A DNA stretch of 64,000 nt from Amoebophrya sp. A120 (taxonomy: Eukaryota; Protista; Dinoflagellata), in the NCBI GenBank assembly GCA_905178155.1, contig CAJINV010000003.1, positions 8,848,179 through 8,912,178 on the forward strand, in the 5' to 3' direction. Positions 61,926 to 64,000 of the stretch are shown piece after piece. Below the pieces are notes generated by a model. That model searched no databases. It saw only the letters and a program-made list of their open reading frames with translations, and had not been told where the DNA came from. Numbering within the stretch: position 1 is the stretch's first letter; each line of letters starts with the position of its first letter. A program made the position numbers and the translations under genes.

Positions 61926-64000
61926 TGATGGCCGAGGACTTTCGCATGCCCGGGCGAAAAGCGGTGGCAGCGGAACTACTGGCCAACACTTTTGCCCGAC
62001 AGGAAAGGAAGCGCTGGGCAAAAGTAATGGCCAAGGAAAGAGCCCTTGGCCACCACTTTTGCCCATCCGGAAAGTGATGGGCAAAAGTTAAAGCGATGGC
62101 CAAGGAGTTGTCGCCATTGTTTTTCTTTGCCCGGCCGAAAAGTGATGGCCAGGGAGCTTCTGGCCATCACTTTTGCCCGACCGGAAAGCGATGGCAAAAA
62201 GTGGTGGCCGCGGAGTTCTTGGCCACCACCCTTGCCCGACCGGAAAGCGATAGCCACAATCGCTTTCGCTCGAGCGAAACAAAAGCGATGGCCGCGAGGC
62301 TCTTGGCCAGCCATCACCTTTGCCCGGCCGAGAGGCGATCGATGGCCACTTTGACGGCCAGGGAGCTCTTGGCCATCATGTGTGCCCGGCCGAAAGGCGA
62401 CGCCCGAGGAGTTCTTCGCCATCACTTTTGCCAGGCCGGAAAGCGATGGGTGGCCAGGGAGCTCTTGGCCATCCCTTTTGCCCGACAGGAAAGCGATTGC
62501 CAGCCAAAAGTGATCGGTGGCCAGGGAGGTCTTGGCCATTACTTTGGCCCGAGCGAAAAGTGGCCACTTTTGCCCGAGCGGAAAGCGATGCATGCCCCAG
62601 CAGCTCCTGGCCATCATTTTCGCCCGACTCCTGGCCACCACTTTTGCCCGGCCGGAAAGTGATGGCCAAAAGTTTCACTTTTGCCCGACCGGAGGTGGTG
62701 GCCAAGGAGCCCGTCGCCGCCCGTCACTTTTGCCAGCCCAGCCCGGCCGGGCAAGGTACGGAGCTTTTGGCCATCACTTTTGGCCGCCCGGAAACTGGTG
62801 GCAAAAAATGATCGCCGCGGAGTTCTTGGCCACCATTTTTGCCCGCCCCGGCCGGAAAGCGATGGCCAAAAGTTATTGCCAAGGAGCCCCGGGCCATCAC
62901 TTTTGTCCGTCCCGAAAGTGCTCTTGGCCTCCACTTTGTTTTGCTCGGCGGGCCCACCGGAAAGTGGGGGCCAAGCTCTTGGCCACCACTTTTGCCCGGG
63001 CGGCCGGAAAGTGATGGCCAAAAGTTAGTTTCAACTTTGCTCGACCGGAGGTGATGGCCAAGGAGCCCTTCGCCGTCACTTTTGCCCCGCCCGGCTGGGC
63101 TAGGAGCTTCTGACCATCGCTTTTGCCCGCCCGGAAAGTGGTGGCCAAACGTGATCGCTGCGAAGTTCTTGGCCACAACTTTTGCTCGGCCGGAAAATGA
63201 TGGCCGGGGAGCTCTTGTCCATCACTTTTGCCCGGGCGAAAAGCGATGGCCAAAAGTGATGGCCAAGCAGCTCTCGGCCACCACTTTTGCCCGATCGGAA
63301 AGTGATGGCCAAGGAGCTTTCGCCCCTCACTTTTGCCCGACCGGAAGCAAAGCGATGGCCGCCAAAAGTAGTGGCCGAGGAGCTGCTGTTGGGTGGCCAT
63401 CACCTTGCTCGCCCGGGCGGAAGGTCATGGATGGCCAAGGAACTCCTGGCCGCCATTTTTGCCGGGGGGGACAGGAAGTAACGTTTGCTCGACCGGAAAG
63501 CGATGGCCAGGGGGCTCCTGGCCCTCACTCTTGCCCGGCCGGAAGGTGATGGCCAAGCAACCAAGGAGCTCGCAGCCCTCACTTTTGCCCGAAAGAAAAG
63601 TGGCGGCCAAGGGGCTCCTGGCCGCGCCGTCACTTTTGGTTGCCCGAAGGGAAATTGATGGCCAAGGGACTCCCTGCCGTTACTTTTGCCCGACCGGAGA
63701 GTGATGTCCAAAAGCGGCGCCCATCCAAGGAGCTCTTCTTGGCCACCAATTTTGCCTGAGCGAGCGAAAATTGATGGCCATGGAACTCTTGGCCAGCCAT
63801 CACATTTGCCCGATCGGGAAGTGATGGCCCAGGGGAGGCTTTTGGCCATCGCTTTGGCCCGGCGGGCCGGAAAATGGTGGCCCAGGAGGAGCGCCTGCCT
63901 ATTACTTTTGCTGGACCCGACCGGCAAAGTGATGGCCAAAAATGATGGTCAAGGGGCTCGCGGCCGTCACTTTTGCGCCGCCCGTCCGCGAAGTGATGGC
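61926..64000. repeat. Degenerate palindromic tandem array (~45-50 bp unit)
   Basis: Consensus GATGGCCAAGGAGCTCTTGGCCATCACTTTTGCCCGACCGGAAAG repeated to the window end; it starts right after the N at 61925. Confidence 0.9.

Overview
This is eukaryotic, intron-rich genomic DNA. The best fit, by inference, is a syndinian dinoflagellate such as Amoebophrya: nearly all genes lie on one strand, proteins carry long low-complexity inserts, and many introns are bounded by inverted repeats. Recognisable minus-strand multi-exon genes are a type II pantothenate kinase, a very large low-complexity protein, an AIF-M2/FSP1-like flavoprotein with a long N-terminal helical extension, an LRR protein, a TSP1-repeat membrane protein and a tandem bacterial-type PH (bPH_1) protein. 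The most notable structures are: (1) four sequence-identical 50-61 bp repeats at 28.8-32.3 kb, separated by 0.9-1.4 kb diverged GC-rich spacers, which read as (FDPTxPPxx)n micro-exons needing non-canonical splicing; (2) about ten introner-like elements with GCAAAA...TTTTGC ends, where removing 'element+3 nt' repeatedly restores the reading frame; (3) an intron-restricted GCATGACAA motif found 10 times; (4) two ~1.3 kb non-autonomous TIR elements, both inserted at NCATG; (5) GC-rich degenerate arrays at both window ends. All exon boundaries are manual inferences without transcript data.
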